Positions 19,200 through 28,762 of a stretch of 64,000 bases of DNA are shown piece after piece. Origin of the DNA: Promethearchaeia archaeon (GTDB lineage Archaea; Asgardarchaeota; Lokiarchaeia; Sigyniarchaeales; SOKP01); contig JAHQWJ010000080.1 in assembly GCA_029856125.1 (NCBI GenBank), positions 32,001 to 96,000 on the forward strand. Direction: 5' to 3'. The notes beneath the pieces are model-generated. The model did no database searches. It was not told where the DNA came from and saw only the letters and a program-made list of their open reading frames with translations. The position numbers and the translations under genes were made by a program. Every line of letters begins with the position of its first letter. Within the stretch, counting starts at the first letter, position 1.

Positions 19200-19607
19200 T
19201 TGGAGTTTGGTACAGACCTTGGAATTGGGCCCGATGAAATCGAAAAAATAAGTCCTCAAATTACTTTTATCACTTCAAACGCGGATATTGAAGCTATCGC
19301 TCTTGTGAGCTTGGAAGGTTATCAGATCGCTTTTTCAGCCCTTCCACAATATCAAGTTGACGGAGATCAGTTTTGTGGGCTAGCAAGTGCATTATTAATG
19401 ACTGGAAGTTCAACAATTAAAACACTATTTCAAGAAGATTTAAGTGAAATAATTGTGAGAGCTGAGAATGGTTATGTAATTGTAAGCAACGCAGGGCGTC
19501 TAGTAATCGTGTGTGCAGGAACGCTCATTGATACATTGATGAAAACTGTTAAAGTAATGAGGGTTGCTGCAAAGAATTTAGCTATGATTTTTGAACAAAA
19601 ACAATAA
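19200..19607 (+). CDS. Roadblock/LC7 domain protein
   Basis: IEAIALVSLEGYQI...GLASALL...EIIVRAENGYVIV; TTG start 6 nt after GGTGA. Confidence 0.9.
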   Translation: MEFGTDLGIGPDEIEKISPQITFITSNADIEAIALVSLEGYQIAFSALPQYQVDGDQFCGLASALLMTGSSTIKTLFQEDLSEIIVRAENGYVIVSNAGRLVIVCAGTLIDTLMKTVKVMRVAAKNLAMIFEQKQ

Positions 19608-19657
19608 AATCTGATTTTTTATTGAAGAATAAGTTTATAATGCTTCAAAAATACTTC

Positions 19658-19665
19658 TATAAATA
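19658..19665 (+). promoter_or_regulatory. Putative TATA box of the trpB2 leader transcript
   Basis: TATAAATA begins 29 nt upstream of the leader-peptide ATG (19687), the spacing expected for a leaderless transcript; an alternative TTTATAA lies at 19634. Confidence 0.5.
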
Positions 19666-19686
19666 TACATTTTATGGTTAAAATCG

Positions 19687-19758
19687 ATGTTTACTAAAAT
19701 AAACCTCCTTAAATGTTGGCATGGACTATGGCGTTTTAAAACGCTCTTTCAACGGTAA
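19687..19758 (+). CDS. Putative tryptophan leader peptide MFTKINLLKCWHGLWRFKTLFQR (23 aa)
   Basis: Two in-frame TGG codons (19717, 19729) in a uORF ending 151 nt upstream of trpB2, overlapped by alternative hairpins and followed by U-tracts. Confidence 0.65.
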   Translation: MFTKINLLKCWHGLWRFKTLFQR

Positions 19759-19909
19759 AACCATAAATTTTGCTCTGACTACTTTTTAACATCATTTTTT
19801 AATAACAAGCATTGCACCTGCAATCAAGCATTATTATTATTGATTTCCAATTTTAAGATGAGACATCATTTAAATTTGATGATGAAAAAATAGTAAAAAG
19901 GAAATAAGT

Positions 19910-21310
19910 ATGACAGATTTTTATAATACAAGAATTTTACTTGAACCAAATGAAATACCAAAGGAGTGGGTTAATATCGTACCAGATTTACCTGCTCCCA
20001 TGACGCCCTTAATAAATCCCATGGATGGGAAACCTGCACCTCCTGAGCTTGCATTTGCGATATTTCCAAAGGAATGTGTACTTCAGGAAGTCTCTCAAGA
20101 ACCTACAATTCAAATTCCTAAGGAATTAAGGGAGCTTTATGTTAGATCTTATCGGCCAACACCGCTTCATAGAGCATATGGTTTAGAGAAAGAACTTGGA
20201 ATTGAAGGTGAAGATATCAAAATTTTCTATAAAAATGAATCGGTTTCTCCCACTGGATCTCACAAACCAAACACAGCTCTAGCTCAAGCTTACTATTCTA
20301 AAAGAGACGGGGTCGATGAATTGATAACCGAAACAGGAGCGGGTCAATGGGGTTCTGCTTTATCTTACGGCTGTAATTTGTTTGACATTAAGTGTACTGT
20401 TTACATGGTGAGAGCTAGCTTTATCCAAAAACCAGGAAGAAAAATACTGATGAGAGCTTTTAATGGTCAAGTTCATGCAAGCCCTTCAAAATTGACAGAC
20501 TCTGGAAAATATTATTATGAACAAGACCCAGATCATCCAGGAAGTTTAGGAATTGCTATATCTGAAGCGGTTGAACATAGTATGAGAAGTGAGAAGTCGA
20601 GATATTCTTTAGGTAGCGTTGTGAATTTCGTTCTTTTACATCAAACTATCATAGGACAAGAGGTTAAAGCACAACTACAAAAAGTTAACGCTAAACCTGA
20701 TGTTCTGGTTGGATGTATGGGAGGAGGGTCTAATTTAGGAGGTCTAATGATTCCTTTCGCGAAAGATAAATTAGATGGAAAATATCCTGATTTAGAGATC
20801 GTGGGAGTAGAACCCAGAGCTTGCCCAAGTGTCAACAAAGGAGAATATAGATGGGACTACGGAGATTCTGCTAAAAAAGCTCCAATTTTAAAAATGTATA
20901 CATTAGGCCATAATTTTATTCCAAGCCCAATTCATTCAGGAGGATTACGATATCATGGAATGGCTCCAATAATTTCGATATTGGCGAAAAAGAAAATAAT
21001 GTCCTCAGTCATGCATCACCAAACTGAAGTTATTGGATCAGGTTTACTTTTTGCGAAAACAGAAGGGATTCTGCCTGCGCCTGAAGCCGCCCACGCAATA
21101 AAAGAAGCGATTGATCAAGCGTTAAGAGCAAAAGAAAACTCCGAAAAGAAAACAATCGTTTTCTGCTTAAGTGGACACGGATTTTTTGATTTATTAGCAT
21201 ATAAGGAATATATGGTTGGTAATTTAGTAGATTACGAACTACCAAATGTTGAGATTCAAAAGGCTTTAAGCGCGCCAGATATGCCTAGTATTGACGAAAC
21301 TCGGTTTTAA
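19910..21310 (+). CDS. trpB2: Tryptophan synthase beta chain, TrpB2 type
   Basis: IPKEWVNIVPDLP, YRPTPL, PLP-lysine SPTGSHKPN, TETGAGQWG, GCMGGGSN, IHSGGLRYHG, PAPEAAHA, LSGHG. Confidence 0.97.
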   Translation: MTDFYNTRILLEPNEIPKEWVNIVPDLPAPMTPLINPMDGKPAPPELAFAIFPKECVLQEVSQEPTIQIPKELRELYVRSYRPTPLHRAYGLEKELGIEGEDIKIFYKNESVSPTGSHKPNTALAQAYYSKRDGVDELITETGAGQWGSALSYGCNLFDIKCTVYMVRASFIQKPGRKILMRAFNGQVHASPSKLTDSGKYYYEQDPDHPGSLGIAISEAVEHSMRSEKSRYSLGSVVNFVLLHQTIIGQEVKAQLQKVNAKPDVLVGCMGGGSNLGGLMIPFAKDKLDGKYPDLEIVGVEPRACPSVNKGEYRWDYGDSAKKAPILKMYTLGHNFIPSPIHSGGLRYHGMAPIISILAKKKIMSSVMHHQTEVIGSGLLFAKTEGILPAPEAAHAIKEAIDQALRAKENSEKKTIVFCLSGHGFFDLLAYKEYMVGNLVDYELPNVEIQKALSAPDMPSIDETRF

Positions 21311-21325
21311 ATAAAACATATAGCA

Positions 21326-21352
21326 TTTTTATAATTTTTTTTTTTTATTTTT
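21326..21352 (+). terminator. Oligo-T terminator after trpB2
   Basis: T5, then T12, then T5 directly after the stop codon. Confidence 0.55.
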
Positions 21353-21404
21353 AATAAAGATTTTAAAATTTCTCAGATAATATCTAGAAGAAAACATAAA
21401 GAGA

Positions 21405-22499
21405 TTGTTATTTTTGGATACACTATCTATTATAATTACTAGTATTCTATATTTATATGGCTTGATTTCGCTTTATACTGCTTTTTTAGCAAAAAAAAGA
21501 AACGAAAAAGGGGCTTTCATTAATAACCTTGTAAATTCATTAATCCTCATTGTTAGCATTACAATTAATTTATTGATAAATTCTCTAAATATTTCTAATA
21601 TTGGGTTTATAGTATTTCCTTTTGACATATTTATGATAATTTTTATCATTTTTTTCTTACCTCATTTTTTATTATCTGTGAATAGAGAAAAAAGAAAAGT
21701 TAGATTAGAAGAGAAGCATACAGAAGAAGAAAATTCCAATTTGACTGAGGAACTACCTTTTAAATACGAACTTTACAGAAAATTAACTCATTTAGTAGTC
21801 TTAGGAATCGCTTTTTTCTATTTTACGCTTGGATTTTTAGTTCAAAATATTTTTATTTATATTCTAGAGCTTTTCCCTAATATTGTTTCTGAGTTCTTCT
21901 TCTCAATCTATAATATTGAAACTAACAAAATGATCTTTACTCAATATTTGGTAGTTTTTTTAGTTGGAGTATCTTTAATTGGGCTACTTACAGCAGATTT
22001 TATTAGAATTTTAAAACCAAACCTTTACCCTTTAAAACCAATTAACCGAATTCTTAGGAAAAAGGAGCGGCATATGAGATTAGGTCCACATATTTCTATG
22101 GGGATTGGTTGTTTTTCAATTATAATAATGTATGGCCCTTTTCAGCCTATTGGGCCAATTATTATATGTATTTCGATGACTATGTCTATTTTTGGAGATA
22201 TGGCTGCTAATTTGGTTGGAAGAAAATTCGGGCATAACAACATTCGAAAAACAAAAAAGACTTATGAGGGATTAATTGCTGGAATGAGCATAGCATACAT
22301 CTCAGGAATTATTACCATGCTATTTATAAATCAAATATATCCAATTAACCTTTTAAGTTTAATAATTCTTCCCGCTATTGGTACTCTTTTGATAGGATTT
22401 ATAGACTTCTTAGATTTGGATGTTGATGATAATTTATCATATAATTTTATGCTTTCAACTACTCTTTTCGTTATTTCTTTATTCATTTTAGGTTTATAA
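21405..22499 (+). CDS. CTP-dependent polyprenol/diacylglycerol kinase family membrane protein (dolichol/phytol kinase-like)
   Basis: ELYRKLTHL, GDMAANLVGRKFG, KKTYEG, DDNL motifs; multiple TM helices. Confidence 0.85.
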   Translation: MLFLDTLSIIITSILYLYGLISLYTAFLAKKRNEKGAFINNLVNSLILIVSITINLLINSLNISNIGFIVFPFDIFMIIFIIFFLPHFLLSVNREKRKVRLEEKHTEEENSNLTEELPFKYELYRKLTHLVVLGIAFFYFTLGFLVQNIFIYILELFPNIVSEFFFSIYNIETNKMIFTQYLVVFLVGVSLIGLLTADFIRILKPNLYPLKPINRILRKKERHMRLGPHISMGIGCFSIIIMYGPFQPIGPIIICISMTMSIFGDMAANLVGRKFGHNNIRKTKKTYEGLIAGMSIAYISGIITMLFINQIYPINLLSLIILPAIGTLLIGFIDFLDLDVDDNLSYNFMLSTTLFVISLFILGL

Positions 22500-22554
22500 A
22501 TTGAAGGATGTTATTAGCAAAATTTTTCAATCACAAAATTTTATTTAAAAGAAC

Positions 22555-23058
22555 ATGAGCGAAGAAAAATTAAAAATAGATAAAATAAAGAAAGGGACAG
22601 TTATTGACCATATTGATGGCGGTTACGCTTTAACCATTCTGAATTTAACTGGACTTGGAGAATCTCCTAATCTAATGACAATTGGTGTTAATGTTTCTTC
22701 AAAGAAATACAATAAAAAAGATATTATTAAAATTGAAGGTGTTTTTCTCAATCAAATTCAACTTCAGCAAATTTCGATCCTTTCTCCAAACTCAAAGATA
22801 TCCTTGATTGAAGATTATAAAGTAATTGAAAAAAAGAAAGTGAAACTCCCAGATATTATCAAAAGTCTTATTTTATGTCGAAGTAATACATGTATTTCAA
22901 ATTCTGGTGAACCCATTGATACAGAATTTAATGTTTTAGAAGAAAAACCATTGAAAATTCAATGTGTGTATTGCAACAGGATATATAAATTGGATGAAAT
23001 CGTTTTCAGTTCTAAAGAAAAAATTGAAAAAAGAGTAAAACAATCAATCAAACTGTAA
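22555..23058 (+). CDS. pyrI: Aspartate carbamoyltransferase regulatory chain
   Basis: IKKGTVIDHI, NVSSKKYNKKDIIKIE, zinc site CxxxxC...CVYC. Confidence 0.96.
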   Translation: MSEEKLKIDKIKKGTVIDHIDGGYALTILNLTGLGESPNLMTIGVNVSSKKYNKKDIIKIEGVFLNQIQLQQISILSPNSKISLIEDYKVIEKKKVKLPDIIKSLILCRSNTCISNSGEPIDTEFNVLEEKPLKIQCVYCNRIYKLDEIVFSSKEKIEKRVKQSIKL

Positions 23059-23064
23059 AAAATT

Positions 23065-23484
23065 TTAGATAAAAGCTAAAAAGGTATGGGTAACTACCGT
23101 AACGAGCATAAATAACAAGAAAAATATGCCTATACCTGGTTTAATTATATTTTTCCAATTCCATTCTTCTTTATCGTATTGATATTTTAAGATAATAAAA
23201 CTAACAAAAAACGGAGTTAAAAACCAAAAACACAACATCCAAATAAACAACCCTAAACCCGAATATACTGGTAAAATCCCGAAAAACAACCTTCCTAATA
23301 AACCACTTAGCACTGCAGTAATTGCCCTAATCCAATAAAGTTTTGTTTCCTTCTCAAGCCGTATGTCAATCTTTTTTGTTGATTTTTTATCAATGTTAAT
23401 TTCTTGTTCAGGCTGTGATTTTCTCTTCTCTTTTATAAGTTTTTGCCGTTCTTTTTTAATGTTAATTCTTTTTGGTTTGGGCAT
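23065..23484 (-). CDS. EMC6/Rab5ip-like three-TM protein
   Basis: Basic N-terminus, then LYWIRAITAVLSGLLGRL, three TMs ending GIGIFFLLFMLVTVV. Confidence 0.6.
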   Translation of the reverse strand: MPKPKRINIKKERQKLIKEKRKSQPEQEINIDKKSTKKIDIRLEKETKLYWIRAITAVLSGLLGRLFFGILPVYSGLGLFIWMLCFWFLTPFFVSFIILKYQYDKEEWNWKNIIKPGIGIFFLLFMLVTVVTHTFLAFI

Positions 23485-23636
23485 AATTAGTATTATTAAT
23501 ATTATTTTTTTTATTAAAATTTTGAAATTTACACAGAGTATAAATTATATTTGTATCTGTGAAAAATGGAAAAATAGAAAAAAATGAATGCATGATTAAT
23601 AAATAAGAAAGCAATAATTTTTAACGATAATGCAAA

Positions 23637-25697
23637 ATGAAGAAAAATATTAAATTTTCAAATTTTGATGTATTTGCAGTTACAAAAGAATTAGGAACTG
23701 TTCTCCCTCATGGAAAAATTGATAATATTTATGAAATTGATGGGGAATTATTAATTTTAAAAATAAAAACACTACAAAACGAGAAAAAGAATTTAATTAT
23801 AAAAAACGATTCTCGTTTAAATTTTACTAACTTTAACTACCCGATTCCAAAATATCCCTCACAGTATATAATGTCTCTAAGAAAGTACCTTAAAAATAGG
23901 AGAATTTTATCTGTTAGTCAACATAACTTTGATAGAATTATTATCTTCGAAATAAGTAATATGGAGGGAAATTCATGGAAATTTATTGTTGAACTATTTA
24001 ACAAAGGTAATTATATTCTGCTTGATGAAAATAACATCGTTAAAATCGCAAAAAGTTATAGTAAATACAGAGATAGGGACATTTTAGCTAATAGACAATA
24101 TACTTTTCCTAGTTCTCGTGGCAAAGATTTTCTTAACCTTTCTCAAATCGATTTTAATGAAACAGTAAGTAATTTAGAAGATGAAATCGTTAGAATCCTT
24201 GCAAGAAATATTAATATCTCAGGAACAATCTCAGAAGAAATATGCCTTAGGGCGGGAGTTGATAAAAAGCGATCAGGAAGTGATCTTACTCCCCTAGAAC
24301 TAGATGCTCTATTTAATTCCTTTAAAAAATTAAGAAATGAATTACTTTTTGGGGAAATGAAGGCACAAATTGTATTCAACGAACAGGATGAACAAACTTC
24401 AGTTATACCTTTTGATTTAAAGCTTTACAAGGATAATAAAGTTCAGTACTTCAATTCCTTTAATGAAGCTGTTGATATGTTCTTCTCTAAACTAGATTCT
24501 AACAAAATTCTTTCGCCCAAAGATCAAGCCGTTAATCAAAAAATAAAATCTCAAGAAAAAATATTAAAAAACCAACTAGAATACCTTGAAGAGCTAAAAA
24601 TAAAAAAAAAATTGTACTATGATCATGGTGCCTTTATATATGCTAATTTCAACACTTTTAATAAATTATTTAGTGGAATTAAAGAAGCAAAAGAAAAAGG
24701 CTATTCTATACAGGAAATAAACACGAAACTAACAGATGCTAAAAGCGAAAAATTTGAAGATTTGGATATTTTTGTTAAAATTTTAACTGCAACTAGACAA
24801 ATAGTAATATTAATTGATAAAAATGAAGTTTACTTGGATTTAAACAAAAGTGTTGGAGAAAATGCAAATATGATTTATTCGAAAGGCAAAAAGGCTGAGA
24901 AAAAATTAAAGGGAACCCTTCCAGCGATTCAAAAAACAGAAGAAAATATTAGAAAGCTAAAAATTAAGAGAGAATCTATCGAATTAGATATTGATTTTCT
25001 AGTAAGGAAACCACAAAAGAAATGGTATGAAAAATTTAGATGGTTTACTTCTTCCGATGAATTTCTAATTATAGGTGGACGAGACGCTAGCTCAAACGAA
25101 ACGATATTTAAAAAATATATAGAACCCAACGATATAATTTTTCACACAAACTTTCCTGGGTCCCCCCTTACTGTAATAAAGAATCCAGAAAATAAACAAA
25201 TACCTGAAAAGTCAATAAAAGAAGCCGCAAACTTTGTAGCTAGCTATTCAGTAGCGTGGAAAGAAAATTGGGGTATTGTTGATGTATTTTATGTGTTTGC
25301 TGATCAAATTTCTAAAACGCCACCTACAGGTGAATATTTACCAAAAGGTAGTTTCATGATTTTAGGGAAAAAAAATTTAATCAAGGGGGCCAAAACCGAA
25401 ATTGGGCTTAGGTTAAATTTTCTTGAAATAAAAAACGAAAGCGCTTCTGATTCTAAATTATTCTATCCTCAAGTACTGTATGAACCTCTTAATACAATTA
25501 ATAATAAAGAAAGCAATTTAATAATAGTTAAGCCCTCAAAATCAGGGAAAACAAAGGGACAGATAGCAAAAGAGATCAAAACATATTTTCTTAACAATTC
25601 AGAAGCAGAGAAGAAAAAATGGGTTAAAATTTTACCTATAGACGATATAATACTAGTCTTACCTACAGGTAAATCTAAAATTAATGTTCCCCGTTAA
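23637..25697 (+). CDS. rqcH: Ribosome quality-control factor RqcH/Rqc2/NEMF (NFACT family)
   Basis: LRKYL...QHNFDRII, VELFNKGNYILLD, ENANMIYSKGKK, KKWYEKFRWF, GGRDASSNE, PTGEYLPKGSFMILG. Confidence 0.95.
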   Translation: MKKNIKFSNFDVFAVTKELGTVLPHGKIDNIYEIDGELLILKIKTLQNEKKNLIIKNDSRLNFTNFNYPIPKYPSQYIMSLRKYLKNRRILSVSQHNFDRIIIFEISNMEGNSWKFIVELFNKGNYILLDENNIVKIAKSYSKYRDRDILANRQYTFPSSRGKDFLNLSQIDFNETVSNLEDEIVRILARNINISGTISEEICLRAGVDKKRSGSDLTPLELDALFNSFKKLRNELLFGEMKAQIVFNEQDEQTSVIPFDLKLYKDNKVQYFNSFNEAVDMFFSKLDSNKILSPKDQAVNQKIKSQEKILKNQLEYLEELKIKKKLYYDHGAFIYANFNTFNKLFSGIKEAKEKGYSIQEINTKLTDAKSEKFEDLDIFVKILTATRQIVILIDKNEVYLDLNKSVGENANMIYSKGKKAEKKLKGTLPAIQKTEENIRKLKIKRESIELDIDFLVRKPQKKWYEKFRWFTSSDEFLIIGGRDASSNETIFKKYIEPNDIIFHTNFPGSPLTVIKNPENKQIPEKSIKEAANFVASYSVAWKENWGIVDVFYVFADQISKTPPTGEYLPKGSFMILGKKNLIKGAKTEIGLRLNFLEIKNESASDSKLFYPQVLYEPLNTINNKESNLIIVKPSKSGKTKGQIAKEIKTYFLNNSEAEKKKWVKILPIDDIILVLPTGKSKINVPR

Positions 25698-26425
25698 TTT
25701 CCTCTTATTATCTTAAGATTATGACAATCATCAAATAATATACCATCTATCTGGTTATCAATTAATTTGTTTATTACTTGTAGAGGTTGTTTATAACCCA
25801 AAAAGCCCCAAGCAAGTGACTTAATATCGTTAACACGGCATATCTTTATAAATTGATTAGAAATTAAATCTGATCGAAGATTTATCATATCCGGAAGATT
25901 TTTAAGTTTTTTTCGATGACCTTTTTCTATAAATTGCTTTAAATTTAAACCTCTACCTTTAGTCATGTTAAAACATGTTCTTATCGGTTTAAATGCTTCC
26001 TTATATCTTTTTAATTTATTAATATATCTTCCACTTATTATACAATTCTTTAGAACACCTCTTTTATCTATTAAATCTAATACTTCTTTTTCAATTCCAT
26101 CATCTTTCAAGTGTATTATAAACTGCGTTTTATCTGTTAAGTAATCTATAGCTTCTTCTAAAAGGGGGATTTTTTGGTTTCTTATTTTTGTCTTAAGATT
26201 TTTAACATCGTTATAAGTTAAATTTTTTAATACTCCTTTACCATTAGTGGTCCTGGTTAATGTAATATCGTGAAAAACGATTAACTTTCTATCTTTTGTT
26301 CTTCTAACGTCAAGTTCTATGCAATTTGCTCCAGATTTAATTGCAATATCGAACGCTTCTAATGTGTTTTCATCGTAATCTACTAAAGTGCCTCTATGGC
26401 CAATAAAAAGTGTAATTTTTTTCAT
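25694..26425 (-). CDS. Glycerophosphodiester phosphodiesterase family protein
   Basis: IGHRG, ENTLEAF, IELDVRRTKD, VFHD. Confidence 0.9.
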   Translation of the reverse strand: MKKITLFIGHRGTLVDYDENTLEAFDIAIKSGANCIELDVRRTKDRKLIVFHDITLTRTTNGKGVLKNLTYNDVKNLKTKIRNQKIPLLEEAIDYLTDKTQFIIHLKDDGIEKEVLDLIDKRGVLKNCIISGRYINKLKRYKEAFKPIRTCFNMTKGRGLNLKQFIEKGHRKKLKNLPDMINLRSDLISNQFIKICRVNDIKSLAWGFLGYKQPLQVINKLIDNQIDGILFDDCHNLKIIRGN

Positions 26426-26458
26426 TAAAAGAAATAAATTTTAAGAATATAAATTTTG

Positions 26459-26875
26459 TTAGTTTTCTTGAACTAAAAACAAGTAAACTATTATTATTAA
26501 TAGGCCTATTAGACTGAAAGAAAAAACTATAGAATCTCTAAAAGATTGGATTAAAGAAAAGATAAAAATAAGCACAATTAACTTCAAATCTAATGGTTTA
26601 CCAGTTAATTCCTTATAATTTCCGATACTAATCATCATAAAAATGAAGAAAAATAGGATTACTAGAACCTTAACAGTGATATCTAGAGTTTGCAACAGGA
26701 TGGTTTCGCGTGCAAACAGAGATAGATAACCACCGTTTAATAAAATTGATATTATTAATAGTATTCCGGCAATAATGGCTGATAGTATGACTGAACGATG
26801 AGCAGATTTTTCTTTTAATTTGGGTTTTCTTTTGACCGTTCCTGATTTTAAATTTTCTTTTTTTATTTTTGACAT
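26459..26875 (-). CDS. Hypothetical multi-TM membrane protein
   Basis: About four hydrophobic segments. Confidence 0.75.
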   Translation of the reverse strand: MSKIKKENLKSGTVKRKPKLKEKSAHRSVILSAIIAGILLIISILLNGGYLSLFARETILLQTLDITVKVLVILFFFIFMMISIGNYKELTGKPLDLKLIVLIFIFSLIQSFRDSIVFSFSLIGLLIIIVYLFLVQEN

Positions 26876-26884
26876 GCTAGCACA

Positions 26885-27706
26885 TTAACTCCTAATTCTT
26901 TCGATTTCTTTCTTAAGTCGTGTAATTCGATAGATATAATAAGCAAAAAATGCTCCAATCGTAGAAAAAATGACAATTGTGGAGATTGACATCAAAAGCT
27001 CACCAATAGGTAATTTGGGGGCTCCGGGGGGGTATTGCAAATCGATAGAAATAATATTCGCAATAATAATTCCAATGGGATAGTCTGTAGATTTACCGAA
27101 TATTATCTTAAAGTTAAATGTATCACCATAGTCTAATTCTACATCCTCTATACCACCTTCGAGATTTTCAACAGGCATGGAAAACTCATAAGTTATTTGA
27201 TTTCCCTCTAATTTCGCAGCTCCATCACCGTCAGGATTCATGTCTCCATAATAACCCGTATCGTTAATATAATAATCTAAATAACTATAACTGTTCGTTG
27301 ACATGTTTGAAAATTGAACAATTTTAGCATCAGTGAAGTCCAAATCTGCATCCCAATCTGCAATTAAAATCCCAAGAAATTCTTTATCGAATTCACTAGA
27401 GCTATGATCGTCGAAATCAAATCGAGCTAAAATATATAAGTTTGGTTCAGCTTGTATAACCCATAGTTCAATAGGTAAACCATCGCTTTGGTTTAATAAA
27501 TCAGGAAATAGCTCAATTTCTAACTTTTCCGCTGAATCCCATTCGCCTGTGGCACCATCAACAACGCCGTCTATAACAGGTGCTGTTCCAAATCCCACAT
27601 CAATCTCAATTGGAGTCCCATAGCTTTTTTCAATGAGGAATGCTGAACTTACAAGTATCTGAGCAATGAAGATGAAAATAATAATGGTTGTTGTGTGTTT
27701 TTTCAC
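26885..27706 (-). CDS. Secreted, C-terminally anchored surface protein with a CBM9/DOMON-like domain
   Basis: Signal peptide, APVIDGVVD...EWDSA start motif, YEFSMP, C-terminal TM followed by basic residues. Confidence 0.65.
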   Translation of the reverse strand: MKKHTTTIIIFIFIAQILVSSAFLIEKSYGTPIEIDVGFGTAPVIDGVVDGATGEWDSAEKLEIELFPDLLNQSDGLPIELWVIQAEPNLYILARFDFDDHSSSEFDKEFLGILIADWDADLDFTDAKIVQFSNMSTNSYSYLDYYINDTGYYGDMNPDGDGAAKLEGNQITYEFSMPVENLEGGIEDVELDYGDTFNFKIIFGKSTDYPIGIIIANIISIDLQYPPGAPKLPIGELLMSISTIVIFSTIGAFFAYYIYRITRLKKEIERIRS

Positions 27707-27909
27707 TTTTATATAGCCACTTTTTTATCATTAAGCGATAGTTCAATTTTACTTTTAATTAAAGAAACTTAATAAAGTTGATAATTAAAATTGAATTTAA
27801 TATTTTTTCTTTGTCTTAGCAAATTATGAGGATTTTCAATCAAAAATTTTTGGGATTTCCTTTGTGAAGAAGAGATAGTACTCTTTTCAATATTTAAAGA
27901 ACTTTCATT

Positions 27910-28359
27910 TTATGAAAGATAATTAGGTAATAGAACGCTGCAATTGAATTTGTTTAAATAAGTTACAATATAATTTATCAAGCGTTTTATATCATGTTTA
28001 GTTTCAAGAATATTACTATTATTATATTCTGCGAATTCCTTTGGTCCAATTGCAATTAACAGCCCCGATAGATCTTTCTCTCTCTTAATAAAAAGCCAAA
28101 AAGGATTTTTTTTTTCACTATCTTTAATTAGGAGTAGCATCCATGGATTTAAAGTCCATTCTTTAGAATCGGGTCCGATTACTTTTTCTATAGCATGCCC
28201 TGTAGAATATTTTTTAGTTATTTTTATAGCTTTTACTAACCGGTTAAAGTAGGACCGTTTCAGTTTTAAATATCCTTTGAAATAAGACTTGGCGTCGTAG
28301 AGTTCTAATTCATTACTTGTTCCATCTGCGAATTTCAGATCAATTTTCCAAGTACTCAT
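27910..28359 (-). CDS. Hypothetical protein
   Basis: 149-aa ORF directly downstream of pop5 on the same strand. Confidence 0.75.
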   Translation of the reverse strand: MSTWKIDLKFADGTSNELELYDAKSYFKGYLKLKRSYFNRLVKAIKITKKYSTGHAIEKVIGPDSKEWTLNPWMLLLIKDSEKKNPFWLFIKREKDLSGLLIAIGPKEFAEYNNSNILETKHDIKRLINYIVTYLNKFNCSVLLPNYLS

Positions 28360-28381
28360 ATTAAATCCAAATAATTTTTCT

Positions 28382-28762
28382 TTAGCTTATTTCCATAATT
28401 TGAATATCTTTATTATTCTTATTATTTCTATCCAAAAATAATTTTTTAGTAATTTGAATACTACGAATAGTCCCGGATGTTTTTATAGGAGAAAAAACGA
28501 TTTTATTACCAGATATTTCAGTGATTAATGTCAAAGCGGATATCACGACTTCTTTTGTTTGATGAGAACATCTTATAATTCCAAAACCTTCTAAAAAATT
28601 AATATCAACCAACCACAATCCTACTCTGCTAGCTTCTTTTAAGCCAAAATACTTCCATAGGGATGCCCATATCGAATTTAGAATCTCTTGATTATTCAAA
28701 TGTTTAATATGTTCCGATATCACTTTAAATAGGATATACCTATGACGTTCATTTTTTACGAC
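28382..28762 (-). CDS. rnp2: RNase P protein Pop5/Rpp14 family
   Basis: IWASLWKYFG, GIIRCSH, KTSGTIR; the conserved ERHRYILFK motif lies upstream of the ORF-track GTG, implying a start at GTC 28762 (6 nt after GGTGA). Confidence 0.9.
   Translation of the reverse strand, partial: VVKNERHRYILFKVISEHIKHLNNQEILNSIWASLWKYFGLKEASRVGLWLVDINFLEGFGIIRCSHQTKEVVISALTLITEISGNKIVFSPIKTSGTIRSIQITKKLFLDRNNKNNKDIQIMEIS

Noticed and set aside
19775-19885. C/D or K-turn motif (CTGA ... ATGATGA) in the trpB2 leader
   Set aside because: The boxes are in D-then-C order and the flanking bases do not form the required stem.
27866-27889. Small hairpin TGAAGAAGAG/CTCTTTTCA after the RNase P protein operon
   Set aside because: Short, AT-rich and compatible with an ordinary terminator or chance.
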